DNA of 64,000 bases from a virus (IMGVR_UViG_3300042342_001286); one strand, 5' to 3'. Positions 47,902 to 58,393 are shown, counted from the stretch's first letter. Notes: generated from the letters alone by a model not told the origin. Translations and numbers: made by a program.

Positions 47902-48132
47902 ATGAATAGATATCATTGTTTTTTAGTTGTTGGTAGTGAACTAAAATCAATCACAATTGAGGCAGATACTGTACATCCCGATTCAACATGTGCCACAAGA
48001 TTTCAGAAAAAAGTTGAGGTGTTAGGTCTTTATGGAACACCTGAAATAGGTTTTCAAATTGTCGGACAATACCCAACCGATAAATTTATTATTGAATCGG
48101 TAGATTATAATATAGAAAATAATGGATTATAG
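47902..48132 (+). CDS. hypothetical protein
   Basis: 76-aa ORF. Confidence 0.5.
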   Translation: MNRYHCFLVVGSELKSITIEADTVHPDSTCATRFQKKVEVLGLYGTPEIGFQIVGQYPTDKFIIESVDYNIENNGL

Positions 48133-48469
48133 TAAAATATTTTTAGGTATTATATTTGGTCTAATGGGTCAAGTTGGAACATTTATGCAATTGCAAGGAT
48201 CATACAAATATGGTTGGTATGAAAAATACACATGGTTAGTTATATTAGCAAGTGTTCCACTTGGTTGGTTATATATAAAATCCGTAAATTATTTCATTTC
48301 GGGATTTGGCGGTCAGATATGGCCAAGTCGTTTACTCGGATTTTCGGTGGGAATTATAGTTTTTACACTAATGAGTCATTATTTATTTAGAGAACCGTTA
48401 GACATTAAAAATGGTATATGTTTATTACTTGGATTCAGTATATTAATGATACAATTATTTGTTAAATAA
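48122..48469 (+). CDS. small multi-TM (SMR/DMT-like) membrane protein
   Basis: About four hydrophobic helices in 115 aa. Confidence 0.5.
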   Translation: MDYSKIFLGIIFGLMGQVGTFMQLQGSYKYGWYEKYTWLVILASVPLGWLYIKSVNYFISGFGGQIWPSRLLGFSVGIIVFTLMSHYLFREPLDIKNGICLLLGFSILMIQLFVK

Positions 48470-48470
48470 T

Positions 48471-48501
48471 TTTGTGATATCCTAAATTATACATACCTTT
48501 G
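48471..48501 (+). promoter_or_regulatory. Bacteroidota-type sigma70 promoter
   Basis: TTTG-19 nt-TACCTTTG. Confidence 0.7.
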
Positions 48502-48516
48502 TCTCAAATATACAAT

Positions 48517-49920
48517 ATGAAATATCTTTACTTTTTATTAATTTTGATTTTGACATCGTGTTCAAAACAAATAACATTAACGGTTCAAAATAATGTTGTC
48601 CCTACACCACCTACAAATGTTATTAATGTTCCTGAAAATATATTTAAAGGTTATAAAGTAGATATAAACGCAAGACAATTAGGTTCGGAATATTGGTATC
48701 ATAATACTCCTGTAATTTCTGATGTTATGGTTGGTAAATTTCAATCTAATATCGATGGGGGGAAATATAATTGGTGGTTTCAAGCGGTCGTTTGTGGTGA
48801 TTTTAACAATGATGGTTGGATAGATGTATTTAATTCAGGTTCTAATTATAATGGACCTAAGGCTAATTTTTCCTTTTTAATATGGGATACAATTTCAAAA
48901 ACATACATTAGTAAAAATTTATTTAATGATAAATCATTTACATCGTTTGGCGGTAATAAACATACAGTTAGACCTTGTTATTTAAACGAAGATAACTATG
49001 TTGATTTGGTTATATTTGATGGTGGAGATGAGGGTATACCTAATTCACCAGATGAACTTGTGAGAATTGTGTTAAGTGATGGAAAAGGTGGATACGATCT
49101 TAAAGAAATCCAAACATGTGAAAATGAATTTCCATTAAATAAAAAGGAAAAAGGAGACGTTGGTGATTTAAATGGTGACGGTATTCTTGATTTATTATTA
49201 CCCGCAAACAATTGTGTTTACATTTATTGGGGGATTAAACAATTTCCTTATTTTACACAGACTAACCGATCTAAATTTGTTGGTGATTTTGTAAATTTTG
49301 GAAACTTAAGTAATAATAGTTTTGATGAAAAAGTACAAAGTGTTGGGGGGAACGCATATACTGCATTTATTTCAGATATAAATAACGATGGTAAAAATGA
49401 TATTGTAATTGGTAAAGGGGAAGAACATAATCATAATTTATTTCCCATGCAACCTGTTTTGTTATTAAATCAAGGATCAGGTAAATTTAATTCAAATGGT
49501 TTAATTAAATTACCATTTTATAGACCTGACGATCAAATAAATGTTACAGTTCAAGACATTGTCGTTGATGATGTAAATGGAGATGGGTTAAAAGATATCA
49601 TCGCAATAAATGATCAAATGTCTAAAAATCCAAACAGATGGGCACCTTGGGACATTTATTGTTATATACAACAAAAAGATGGAACATATTTAATAGATAA
49701 AACAATCTTTCAATTTTCAATTAATTCCGTTAGAAAGGGGAATTGGAAAAGAAGATTATTATATTATGATTTCAACGGAGACGGTAAAAAAGATATTAGT
49801 TATATTGATGATGCGATAGGAAACTTACAATATAAATCAGTTTTTATAAGAACGGGAAATCAATTTATAGAAAGTGATTTTTATCAATACGATAAGTTTG
49901 CCAAATCATTTAATTTTTAA
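48517..49920 (+). CDS. lipoprotein with FG-GAP/VCBS repeats
   Basis: Lipobox LTSC; repeated GD(F/L/I/V)N(N/G)DGxxD motifs. Confidence 0.8.
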   Translation: MKYLYFLLILILTSCSKQITLTVQNNVVPTPPTNVINVPENIFKGYKVDINARQLGSEYWYHNTPVISDVMVGKFQSNIDGGKYNWWFQAVVCGDFNNDGWIDVFNSGSNYNGPKANFSFLIWDTISKTYISKNLFNDKSFTSFGGNKHTVRPCYLNEDNYVDLVIFDGGDEGIPNSPDELVRIVLSDGKGGYDLKEIQTCENEFPLNKKEKGDVGDLNGDGILDLLLPANNCVYIYWGIKQFPYFTQTNRSKFVGDFVNFGNLSNNSFDEKVQSVGGNAYTAFISDINNDGKNDIVIGKGEEHNHNLFPMQPVLLLNQGSGKFNSNGLIKLPFYRPDDQINVTVQDIVVDDVNGDGLKDIIAINDQMSKNPNRWAPWDIYCYIQQKDGTYLIDKTIFQFSINSVRKGNWKRRLLYYDFNGDGKKDISYIDDAIGNLQYKSVFIRTGNQFIESDFYQYDKFAKSFNF

Positions 49921-49924
49921 AAAT

Positions 49925-50677
49925 ATGAGATCTTTATATGGTTTTGGTGACAGTTATACTCAAGGTCATTTCTTAAATGATACATTTAAACCGTTTATAC
50001 AATGGAAGGAATATATTGGTAAAGAATTACCTCCGGTGTGGATTGATATTTTAGGTAATAAATTAGATATGAACGTTAAAAATTATGGTTCCGCCGGATC
50101 ATCTAATCAAGAAATATTTCATACGTTTATTCAAAATTGTAATGAGATAAAAAAAGACGATATTGTTATTATTAATTGGACGTACATAGATAGATTTAGA
50201 TGGGCAGCAATGCCTCCTTTTACACCACCTAATACTGCATTTCCATTTTGGAAAAAGATATCTACATCAACACCTAATGATAACGACATAAAAGAACAAA
50301 CAAGAATTGATATAATAGAAAATAGAGTGTCGTACGATTTATACATTGAAGAAGTCTACGACTATCAAAAAATCATAGACCTATTGTCAAAATCAATTGG
50401 GTTTTATGTTTATTATTGGTCGGCAGACACTTCAATTATTTATAGTTTATCTAAAGAAATATTAAATCAAAAAAAATATATTATTAATGATTTAATTATT
50501 TTTAATGATGAAAAATATATTGGAGCCGGTGGTTACTTTTTTGAAACAATCAGTTATCATGGAGGTAAAACCGTCCAAGAAGAAACAAATTATGAATGTA
50601 CAGACAATCATTTAGGGGAAAGCGGACATAGGGTTCAAAGTGAACTTTTTTATAATTATATTAGAAAACATGAGTAA
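49925..50677 (+). CDS. SGNH-like protein
   Basis: FGDSYT, GSSN, DNHL. Confidence 0.6.
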   Translation: MRSLYGFGDSYTQGHFLNDTFKPFIQWKEYIGKELPPVWIDILGNKLDMNVKNYGSAGSSNQEIFHTFIQNCNEIKKDDIVIINWTYIDRFRWAAMPPFTPPNTAFPFWKKISTSTPNDNDIKEQTRIDIIENRVSYDLYIEEVYDYQKIIDLLSKSIGFYVYYWSADTSIIYSLSKEILNQKKYIINDLIIFNDEKYIGAGGYFFETISYHGGKTVQEETNYECTDNHLGESGHRVQSELFYNYIRKHE

Positions 50678-51329
50678 AAATACGTTGTATCATTTTGGTG
50701 ATTCCTTCACAATTGCATTAGGGTCAGATGGATCATTTGGAAAAATAATCGCCGATTATTATGAGTTGGAATATTTTCATTTAGGTAATGGAGGCGATTC
50801 CAATGATCAAATATTAGAAAAGATAATGAAAGAACAATATCCCATTAAAAAAGGGGATGTTGTATTAATTAATTTTAGTTTTTTAAGTAGATTTTTAACC
50901 GTTGATGAAAATGGAAATTTAGTTTCTTCAGCTCGTTATTTTGATGATTCAAATAAAGGATTTACAGGAGATCAACGTGAATATTTTAATAATGATGATA
51001 CAGTTTTAGATTATTTTTTAAATAACAATTATGAATATAATATTAGATTATTCTCATTAATTAATACGTTTTTAAGTATATTAGTTGAACGAGGTATAAC
51101 GGTTTATTCTGTTATGATACGAAAAGAAGATTTATATAAGGGTAAGAAAATATATAAAATTGAAGATTATGATTTAAAATTATTTAATGAGTTAATTTTT
51201 GAACCGACTTATTTTGATTGGTTAGTAAATAAAGGTTGGAAAAATGAAGAAGAAGGACATTACACTAAAGGTATTCAGGAAGAATTGGCTCAAGAATATA
51301 TAAAAAGAATTAATGATTTAAAAAAATAA
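50670..51329 (+). CDS. SGNH-like protein
   Basis: FGDSFT, GDSN, EGHY. Confidence 0.6.
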   Translation: MSKNTLYHFGDSFTIALGSDGSFGKIIADYYELEYFHLGNGGDSNDQILEKIMKEQYPIKKGDVVLINFSFLSRFLTVDENGNLVSSARYFDDSNKGFTGDQREYFNNDDTVLDYFLNNNYEYNIRLFSLINTFLSILVERGITVYSVMIRKEDLYKGKKIYKIEDYDLKLFNELIFEPTYFDWLVNKGWKNEEEGHYTKGIQEELAQEYIKRINDLKK

Positions 51330-51330
51330 T

Positions 51331-52128
51331 ATGAACACATTACACACATTTGGTGATAGCTACACGGAAGGACAACCTGAAGATAGTACTTACCCTCCAT
51401 TTATTGAATGGAAAAAACTACGAGGGGGTAATTTACCTAAATCGTGGTCTGAAATTTTAGGTGAAAAATTAAATATGGAAGTCAAAAATTATGGTATAGG
51501 GGGAAATTCAAACCCACAAATTTTTGATGATGTTTGTAATAAATCACATGAATTTAACAAAGGAGACATTGTAATTATTAATTGGACATATAAAGATAGG
51601 TTTAGATGGGTGTCTACTGAGTTTCATAAAGACGGAGCACCAGTTTATTCAGATGAGAATAACAATCCTTTAGATTGTTGGAGAAAGATGTCCACCAACA
51701 ATGGACAACCTGACGATTTCAAACATATCCTAAGAACAACCAAAGAAGAGATAGTTAAGAATAGAATGTCTCGTTTATATTCTGAGGAGATTTACAATTA
51801 TGAAAATTTATTGGAACAATACTCAATATCTAAGGAATTTGATTTATATTTTTGGTCAACAGATAACGATATTATATTAAACCTACCCGAACACAAGTTT
51901 AAACAAAAAAAATATATTTTAAATGATCTGTTTGTTATAGGTAAATATAAAACATACCATCATGCGGGAGAATTTATGTCTATGTTTATTGAAATGGGTG
52001 GACAAACTATATTTACCGAGACTAATGGAGTTGTAAATGATAATACCCATTTTGGGGAATTAGGTCACAAAGTACAGGCGGAACTATTTTACGAATATAT
52101 AATGTCATATAGGGATAATTCTATATAA
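51331..52128 (+). CDS. SGNH-like protein
   Basis: FGDSYT, GNSN, NTHFGELGH. Confidence 0.6.
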   Translation: MNTLHTFGDSYTEGQPEDSTYPPFIEWKKLRGGNLPKSWSEILGEKLNMEVKNYGIGGNSNPQIFDDVCNKSHEFNKGDIVIINWTYKDRFRWVSTEFHKDGAPVYSDENNNPLDCWRKMSTNNGQPDDFKHILRTTKEEIVKNRMSRLYSEEIYNYENLLEQYSISKEFDLYFWSTDNDIILNLPEHKFKQKKYILNDLFVIGKYKTYHHAGEFMSMFIEMGGQTIFTETNGVVNDNTHFGELGHKVQAELFYEYIMSYRDNSI

Positions 52129-52202
52129 ATTAAACAACATGGGTAATAGAAATATTACCCATTTTTGTTTGGAATATCACAACAATTTCTTATATTAGAT
52201 TT

Positions 52203-52316
52203 ATGAGAGAAGCATTTGATGTAATGGCTGAACATCCATTTCTTACCGTTTTCTTGGGATTTGTCCTAATGGTGGTCGTAAGTGAAATAACCGAGATATT
52301 TAAGAGAAAGGAGTAA
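52203..52316 (+). CDS. 37-aa membrane micro-protein
   Basis: Read directly (MREAFDVM...). Confidence 0.5.
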   Translation: MREAFDVMAEHPFLTVFLGFVLMVVVSEITEIFKRKE

Positions 52317-52317
52317 C

Positions 52318-52686
52318 ATGAAAAGATTTGTATTTTTCCACGGGTATCAAGAAGAACATCCATTATTGGATATTGATTGGGATGCAATCAACAGATTGAA
52401 TAATATCAATACTATTATTACTCCAAATTGGGGTGGAATAACATACACCCCAAGCTGGGTAGTAAATCCAGGACTAATAACCTATACCCCACCAAACTAT
52501 ACTATAACCACAACACCCGGTACAGGAACATTTACAATACCTTACAACGGTACAATTAATACGGCAACAGGGTATAGTTTAACAACATCAAATCCAAACG
52601 GAACAACATATACAACAGGAGGAATTGGTGGAACTTTAACAACAGGAACGGCAACATATTTAAGTAGTAGTTTTAAATTACAATAA
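52318..52686 (+). CDS. FVFFHG-tagged protein with Thr/Gly-rich low-complexity tail
   Basis: MKRFVFFHG start; TYTP and TTG repeats. Confidence 0.55.
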   Translation: MKRFVFFHGYQEEHPLLDIDWDAINRLNNINTIITPNWGGITYTPSWVVNPGLITYTPPNYTITTTPGTGTFTIPYNGTINTATGYSLTTSNPNGTTYTTGGIGGTLTTGTATYLSSSFKLQ

Positions 52687-53514
52687 ATGAAAAAAATAAT
52701 TAATTTCACACCAACAGGTACTCAAACTACTCGTGAAAATTCTTATGCTCCATTATTACCAAATGAGATAATTGAAGAGGTTCATGAAGCAAATGAATTA
52801 GGTATATCTATAGTTCATTTACATGCAAGAGATGAAGAAACATTAAAGAATACATATAAGAAAGAGGTTTACTCTCAAATTATTGAAGGAATAAAAAAAC
52901 ATTGTTCTGAATTATTAATTTGTGTTTCATTAACCGGTAGAAACTTTCCTGAGTTAGAGAAGAGAACTGAAGTTCTACAATTACGTCCCGATATGGGATC
53001 ATTAACGATGTCATCGTTAAACTTCCCAACAGGTGCGTCAGTTAATGAACCAAATATGATTTTATCATTAATTAATGAAATGGAAAAGTATGGAGTTAAT
53101 CCTGAAATTGAATGTTTTGATTCTGGAATGATTAACTACACAAATTATTTAATATCAAAAAATATATTGAAAGAACCACACTACATTAATGTGATATTGG
53201 GGAACATATACAATTCACAATCTGATATTCACACAATTGCATCCATTAAATCTTCATTACCTAATAACGCAAAAGTATGTTTCGGCGGTATTGGTTCACA
53301 ACAATTGAGGAGTAATGTTTATGGGTTACTTGAAGCGGATGGTGTTAGGGTTGGGTTGGAAGATAATTTATATTATAAAGATAAGGAGAAAGCGACCAAT
53401 ATACAATTATTAAAAATAATTCATAACATTATGAATGAAATGGAATTGGAAATTTTATCATCAAAAGAACTAAGAGATTTAGGATATGGAAACAAAAATA
53501 TTAGTATTAGGTAA
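52687..53514 (+). CDS. beta-keto acid cleavage enzyme (Kce/BKACE, DUF849)
   Basis: PTG, VHLHARD, GVNPEIECFD, VRVGLEDN. Confidence 0.88.
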   Translation: MKKIINFTPTGTQTTRENSYAPLLPNEIIEEVHEANELGISIVHLHARDEETLKNTYKKEVYSQIIEGIKKHCSELLICVSLTGRNFPELEKRTEVLQLRPDMGSLTMSSLNFPTGASVNEPNMILSLINEMEKYGVNPEIECFDSGMINYTNYLISKNILKEPHYINVILGNIYNSQSDIHTIASIKSSLPNNAKVCFGGIGSQQLRSNVYGLLEADGVRVGLEDNLYYKDKEKATNIQLLKIIHNIMNEMELEILSSKELRDLGYGNKNISIR

Positions 53515-54139
53515 GGGAGACAATATCATTACAATGATATTAGACAATCTTTATTCAACACTTAATTTAAAAGGTATTGTTGTGTATAATAATTTAAATT
53601 TACCAATATTAAATTCATTTGACCACAATAAATTTAATATTGAGGTTTTAAATGAGATCAACATTGATGATTACGATTCCTACGTTTTAGGGGTTTATCA
53701 ACCTAAACATAAAATTAAAATTTTAGAAACATTGAACCCTAATAAAAATAAATTCATTAATGTTATTAACAAAGGATTAGATATTTCACATACAAGTACA
53801 CTTGGATATGGAATATTAATTAACCCAAAAGTATCGATCGCCGCTCACACAACAATAGGCAATTTTGTTACAATAAATCGACACGTATCAATCGGTCATC
53901 ACACAACTATTGGAGACTTTACCTCGATAAATCCAGGTACTAATATTGCCGGTAATGTAACCATAGGTAGAGGATGTCAAATAGGTATTGGGGCAAATAT
54001 AATTGACGGAATTACAATAGGAGATAATACAGTAATAGGTGCTGGTTCATTAGTCACTAAAGACATTCCAAATAATGTGGTTGCCTATGGTAGCCCCTGT
54101 AAAATAATAAATCATCAATATGAAACACAATCCATATAA
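53486..54139 (+). CDS. NeuD/PglD-like sugar acetyltransferase (hexapeptide repeat)
   Basis: SIGHHTTIG, IGAGSLVTKDIP, YGSPCK. Confidence 0.88.
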   Translation: METKILVLGKGDNIITMILDNLYSTLNLKGIVVYNNLNLPILNSFDHNKFNIEVLNEINIDDYDSYVLGVYQPKHKIKILETLNPNKNKFINVINKGLDISHTSTLGYGILINPKVSIAAHTTIGNFVTINRHVSIGHHTTIGDFTSINPGTNIAGNVTIGRGCQIGIGANIIDGITIGDNTVIGAGSLVTKDIPNNVVAYGSPCKIINHQYETQSI

Positions 54140-54716
54140 AATAGTTGAAATGTTTGAGGAGGAGATTGCAGAATATGCTGGATCCCCTTACGCAATCGCA
54201 TTAGATAATTGTACTGACGCATTATTTCTTTGTTGTGTTTATTCAAAAGTAACCGAAGTAACTATTCCTAAAAAAACTTATCTTTCAGTTCCACAAGCAA
54301 TCATGTCTTCAGGAGGTAAAGTTAAATTTGACGATACTGAATGGAAAGGTGTTTATGAATTAAAACCATATAAGATATACGATTCAGCAAGAAGATTCAC
54401 AAGTGGAATGTATATACCAAATAGTTTTATGTGTCTTTCTTTTCACCCTAAAAAAATATTACAAATGAGAAAAGGTGGAATGATATTGACAGATAATGAA
54501 GACGCGTATAAATGGTTTAAAAGGGCAAGACACGAGGGGAGAGATGAAATACCATATACACAAGATAACATTAAGTTTTTAGGTTGGAATATGTATATGA
54601 CTCCTCCTGATGCTGCCGATGGATTATGGTTAATGTCATCAATGCCAAAACATAATGAGGATACAATTGAGAATTATCCTGATTTAACAAAAAACGATTT
54701 ATTTAAAGAATTTTAA
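54120..54716 (+). CDS. short DegT/DnrJ/EryC1/StrS-type PLP aminotransferase
   Basis: NCTDAL, YDSA, LSFHPKK, GGMILTD; only 198 aa. Confidence 0.75.
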   Translation: MKHNPYKIVEMFEEEIAEYAGSPYAIALDNCTDALFLCCVYSKVTEVTIPKKTYLSVPQAIMSSGGKVKFDDTEWKGVYELKPYKIYDSARRFTSGMYIPNSFMCLSFHPKKILQMRKGGMILTDNEDAYKWFKRARHEGRDEIPYTQDNIKFLGWNMYMTPPDAADGLWLMSSMPKHNEDTIENYPDLTKNDLFKEF

Positions 54717-55675
54717 TGAAAGATTTAATTTTTATTACGGCATATTGTGAAACACAAAAACAAGAAGAACTCTTGGAACGTTGTATAAATTCAGTTATGA
54801 AATGTGGATTTCATATTGCATTATTATCACATTCACATATACCAATCCATATTCAAAAAAAATGTCAATATTATATGTATGATTATAATAATGATATTTC
54901 AAAAGATTATAATTTATTTGGACACAAAACATTTTATTTTGAAAACAAAAGAATACAATCAAGATTTTTTGCTAAAACATTTTATGGGTTTGCAATTTAT
55001 AGAATGTTTTCAATGGTTAGTCAAATTGCTATAAATTTTGGATATAAAAACATACATCATATTGAATATGATTGTGAATTATTAAACTCAAATTTAATAA
55101 TTGAAAATAATAAGTCGTTAGAGGAATATGATTCGGTGATTTATACCGATACTGGTGATAAAGACGGATTTTTATTTGGATCTTTAAAATCATTTAAAGT
55201 TAGTTCATTACCTGAGAAATATAAAAATTATGATAGGGATTTTATCGATAGTGAGATGAGAAAACTAAATAAAACGTATTTGGAATATCTAACTAAAAAA
55301 TTATTTATTGAATCAGGTAATGTTTTATTTAAAAATGAACCAACGAACAAAGAATTTAAGAGAGGTGATTATTTCAATCACAGGAATTTACATTTTACGT
55401 TATATTATAATCCCGAAGATAGAACATTAAATATTTTTTACAACGCTTCGGAATTTGAAAAATCGGAGGAAATTACTATAATAATTAATAAACAAAAAAT
55501 AGTAAAACTAATAACAAAACCTGGATTTTGGACCACAAGAATTTTAGATTTATTTAATGAAATAACACATGTTAGAGTGGACAATAATAATAAAGTCATT
55601 TATGAAATATCATTTGATAACGAGTTTAGAGAAATTTTTAAAAACAAATCTTATATTTTAAATAATGAAAAGTAA
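54716..55675 (+). CDS. hypothetical protein paralogous to the N-terminal domain of the heptosyltransferase-like gene
   Basis: SHSHIP...YYMYDYNN...HHIEYD versus GHYAVS...YYLYDGNN...HFLEYD. Confidence 0.6.
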   Translation: MKDLIFITAYCETQKQEELLERCINSVMKCGFHIALLSHSHIPIHIQKKCQYYMYDYNNDISKDYNLFGHKTFYFENKRIQSRFFAKTFYGFAIYRMFSMVSQIAINFGYKNIHHIEYDCELLNSNLIIENNKSLEEYDSVIYTDTGDKDGFLFGSLKSFKVSSLPEKYKNYDRDFIDSEMRKLNKTYLEYLTKKLFIESGNVLFKNEPTNKEFKRGDYFNHRNLHFTLYYNPEDRTLNIFYNASEFEKSEEITIIINKQKIVKLITKPGFWTTRILDLFNEITHVRVDNNNKVIYEISFDNEFREIFKNKSYILNNEK

Positions 55676-56105
55676 ATTCAATTTTTTCAGGGGTTATATC
55701 GGCACATTAGATATAATGGACGGAGAAACATATGCGACAGCATCGTTATATTACCCAAGATTAGATTCTAATAATGAAATGGAAAGATATTATGCTGAAC
55801 ATTTCCAAACTATATCTCACGAACAATATATGAGAAATAGAGACATGTTAATTGAACAAGAAAGAATAAGAAGATTAGGAATGATAAATCATTCAAGGGA
55901 AACCGATAACCAAATTAGATTGTTTCAAGCAACAACTACGGTAACCGTAAATCCAACACCATGGACTAAGGTTAAGATATTTGGAACAAGAGTTAAATTG
56001 GTTTTAATTGAAACTTGGAAGTTGGAACCTATCGGTGTTGTGGTGGTGACTCTCTTATCAACAATAATAACATTTATTGGAATTGCAAAATTATTTGGAG
56101 TATGA
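55665..56105 (+). CDS. FNFFRG-tagged protein with C-terminal TM
   Basis: MKSKFNFFRG start. Confidence 0.6.
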   Translation: MKSKFNFFRGYIGTLDIMDGETYATASLYYPRLDSNNEMERYYAEHFQTISHEQYMRNRDMLIEQERIRRLGMINHSRETDNQIRLFQATTTVTVNPTPWTKVKIFGTRVKLVLIETWKLEPIGVVVVTLLSTIITFIGIAKLFGV

Positions 56106-56776
56106 AATTAAATTTACAAAATATTACGGCAATATGTTTACAAGGTAGAGATAATGGTTTTGACGGATCACTTACAACGAGATCTAAAAAATTATTAGAA
56201 TATATGGTTAGTATAATTAATTTCCATAAAATAATATTCATTTCACCTGTAGATCCTGAAGTGGAAGGAGTGGAATATATTTATACCGATCCAGTTGATT
56301 ATCATTATTATAATAGATGGTGTGTTAGGGAATTAACAAATTATATTGATACCGATTATTGTTTATTATTTCAAGATGATGGGTTTCCGTTAAATCCCGA
56401 ACATTGGGATAATGAATTTCTTAACTACGATTATGTTGGATCCCCATTACCTTTGGATAGTGTTATTTTACATCATCCTGAAGAAAGAATCGGTGGCGGG
56501 GGTTTTACATTAAGATCAAAAAAACTATTGAATCTAATGACATCATGGGTAGAGTATGAAGGGAAAGAAAATGAAGATACATACATATGTCATGTGAAAA
56601 GAAATGATTTAATTAGAAAGGGTTTAAAAATATGTCCACATACGATAGCAAGAAAATTTGTAATTCAAAATGCAATAGATGATAATCATACAATATATAA
56701 TACATTTGGATTTCATGGAAGAGATGAAAAATTAGATAAAGTAATGGAAATATTAGATAATGATAGGAACATTTAA
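56102..56776 (+). CDS. DUF5672-like putative glycosyltransferase
   Basis: LLFQDDG, WDNEFLNYDYVG, GGGFTLRSKKLL, ED, FGFH. Confidence 0.75.
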   Translation: MKLNLQNITAICLQGRDNGFDGSLTTRSKKLLEYMVSIINFHKIIFISPVDPEVEGVEYIYTDPVDYHYYNRWCVRELTNYIDTDYCLLFQDDGFPLNPEHWDNEFLNYDYVGSPLPLDSVILHHPEERIGGGGFTLRSKKLLNLMTSWVEYEGKENEDTYICHVKRNDLIRKGLKICPHTIARKFVIQNAIDDNHTIYNTFGFHGRDEKLDKVMEILDNDRNI

Positions 56777-57032
56777 ATTTTTAACAAAATACGAACACCA
56801 TAGGTTTACACCTCATTCTTGTTATGATAACGCAAAGTACATTATTGAAACTTTAATTAGTACAGATGAATGGGAAACAACAATATTCCCAAAAGAATAT
56901 CCACACGAAAATGGTGCATGGAGAGTTCTTTACATACAACGTGGAAGGAATAATTACCATTCCGTTGTTTGTCATGTACCAAGTAATCCAGGATACATAA
57001 TAGATAGATTTAGTGTTAATATAGATTTATGA
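56760..57032 (+). CDS. FKFL-tagged small protein
   Basis: MIGTFKFLT start. Confidence 0.6.
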   Translation: MIGTFKFLTKYEHHRFTPHSCYDNAKYIIETLISTDEWETTIFPKEYPHENGAWRVLYIQRGRNNYHSVVCHVPSNPGYIIDRFSVNIDL

Positions 57033-57361
57033 TTAGAAACTTCAAATTTTTAACTGATAATAATGATGAATTAGAATTCGGAGGGTTTGTTCATGATCTC
57101 CATGATGGGTTTGCAAGTTGGATGTGGACAGGAAGAGACTATTTAGATAGAGACCCAAATTGGGTGGAAGAAGTAATGACCACCACAAGTATAAGAACTT
57201 TTTTAATGAATTTTCCCGAACGAATGATAGTACCAATATTATCCATAACAGGTGATAATATAACGATGACAATAGATAATGATCATGATCCGTGGCCTTT
57301 TAATATATTAGGAGGAACACCACTTCGTATAACTTTTTTAAGATGGATACCAGAAGTTTAA
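57029..57361 (+). CDS. FKFL-tagged small protein
   Basis: MIRNFKFLT start. Confidence 0.6.
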   Translation: MIRNFKFLTDNNDELEFGGFVHDLHDGFASWMWTGRDYLDRDPNWVEEVMTTTSIRTFLMNFPERMIVPILSITGDNITMTIDNDHDPWPFNILGGTPLRITFLRWIPEV

Positions 57362-57373
57362 ATATTTATTAAT

Positions 57374-57496
57374 ATGAGTTCAAAATTTTTTAACAACCCA
57401 CAACAATCTAAGATAGATAAAGGGGTAAAGAAACCGACAACAACTAAACCTGTTAAGAACACTACCCAAATTAAGAAGACGGGAAGAGGTAAATAG
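57374..57496 (+). CDS. 40-aa basic micro-protein ending KKTGRGK
   Basis: Read directly; TATTTAT at 57363. Confidence 0.55.
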   Translation: MSSKFFNNPQQSKIDKGVKKPTTTKPVKNTTQIKKTGRGK

Positions 57497-57510
57497 GATA
57501 TTTATATCTA

Positions 57511-58356
57511 ATGAGTGGATTAACAACAATTAAATTAAGTAGTGAAGACCTTAAGAAAGAACAAGAACGCCAACGAAAAAGAGGTAGACTAATCTTTAAG
57601 ACCTTTAAAAAAGGTAAGGTTAAGGTTGTGGTTGGTCGATACGATGAAGACGGAACAGTTCCCGACATGATATTTCAATATCAAATACACGACGCACATT
57701 TTAGATCAATTGTAGACTATACTAATGGAGAAGTTATCTGTGTAATGGATTGTTATTATGATGATATTGATATTCTTAATGAAGACGGTAGTGAAATAAC
57801 CGAAAAATTACCATTGTGGTTAGTTTCGGAAATTGAGAACAAAATTGAAGATAAGTTTGGTAGTTTTAACGTTGAACTCCGTTATATGCAACAATCAGAC
57901 GGAAAAGGAAAGAAAAGTTTGGTTAATGAAAGTGAAGAAGAGGATCAAAAATTAATCAATAAGACTAAACTTATTTATAAGGGATTAAAAAAAGGAGGAA
58001 AAATAGGGTTCAGTCCTGTTGATAGTCCATATCATGAAGTACATTGGACACTACCCAATAAATTTTATGTCAAAATTAAACATCGTAATAAAGAAGAAAC
58101 TGAACTTACCGGTGCCGACACTTATCCTATATTATTATTAAATACTGAAACCATAAATTATACCAAAACCAATGATAAACCATTGAGAAACGGTGATAAA
58201 CATATAGTTTCAGGTAGAATTACAGATCAGTTTAAAAAACATGGTATAACCGTATATTGGGGAGGACAAGTACCAAAATATTCCATTTTTAGTCCTAATT
58301 CAGTGTCTCCCGATGAAACATACACTGAAATAGACATCACCCCAAAGTCAAAATAA
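57511..58356 (+). CDS. two-repeat protein (KxxYKxxKKG units), putative head-internal
   Basis: RLIFKTFKKG and KLIYKGLKKG, separated by LVNE. Confidence 0.6.
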   Translation: MSGLTTIKLSSEDLKKEQERQRKRGRLIFKTFKKGKVKVVVGRYDEDGTVPDMIFQYQIHDAHFRSIVDYTNGEVICVMDCYYDDIDILNEDGSEITEKLPLWLVSEIENKIEDKFGSFNVELRYMQQSDGKGKKSLVNESEEEDQKLINKTKLIYKGLKKGGKIGFSPVDSPYHEVHWTLPNKFYVKIKHRNKEETELTGADTYPILLLNTETINYTKTNDKPLRNGDKHIVSGRITDQFKKHGITVYWGGQVPKYSIFSPNSVSPDETYTEIDITPKSK

Positions 58357-58357
58357 A

Positions 58358-58389
58358 TTTGGATATTCCAAATAGGGGTCGTATATTTG
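58358..58389 (+). promoter_or_regulatory. Bacteroidota-type sigma70 promoter
   Basis: TTTG-20 nt-TATATTTG. Confidence 0.75.
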
Positions 58390-58393
58390 TCCC

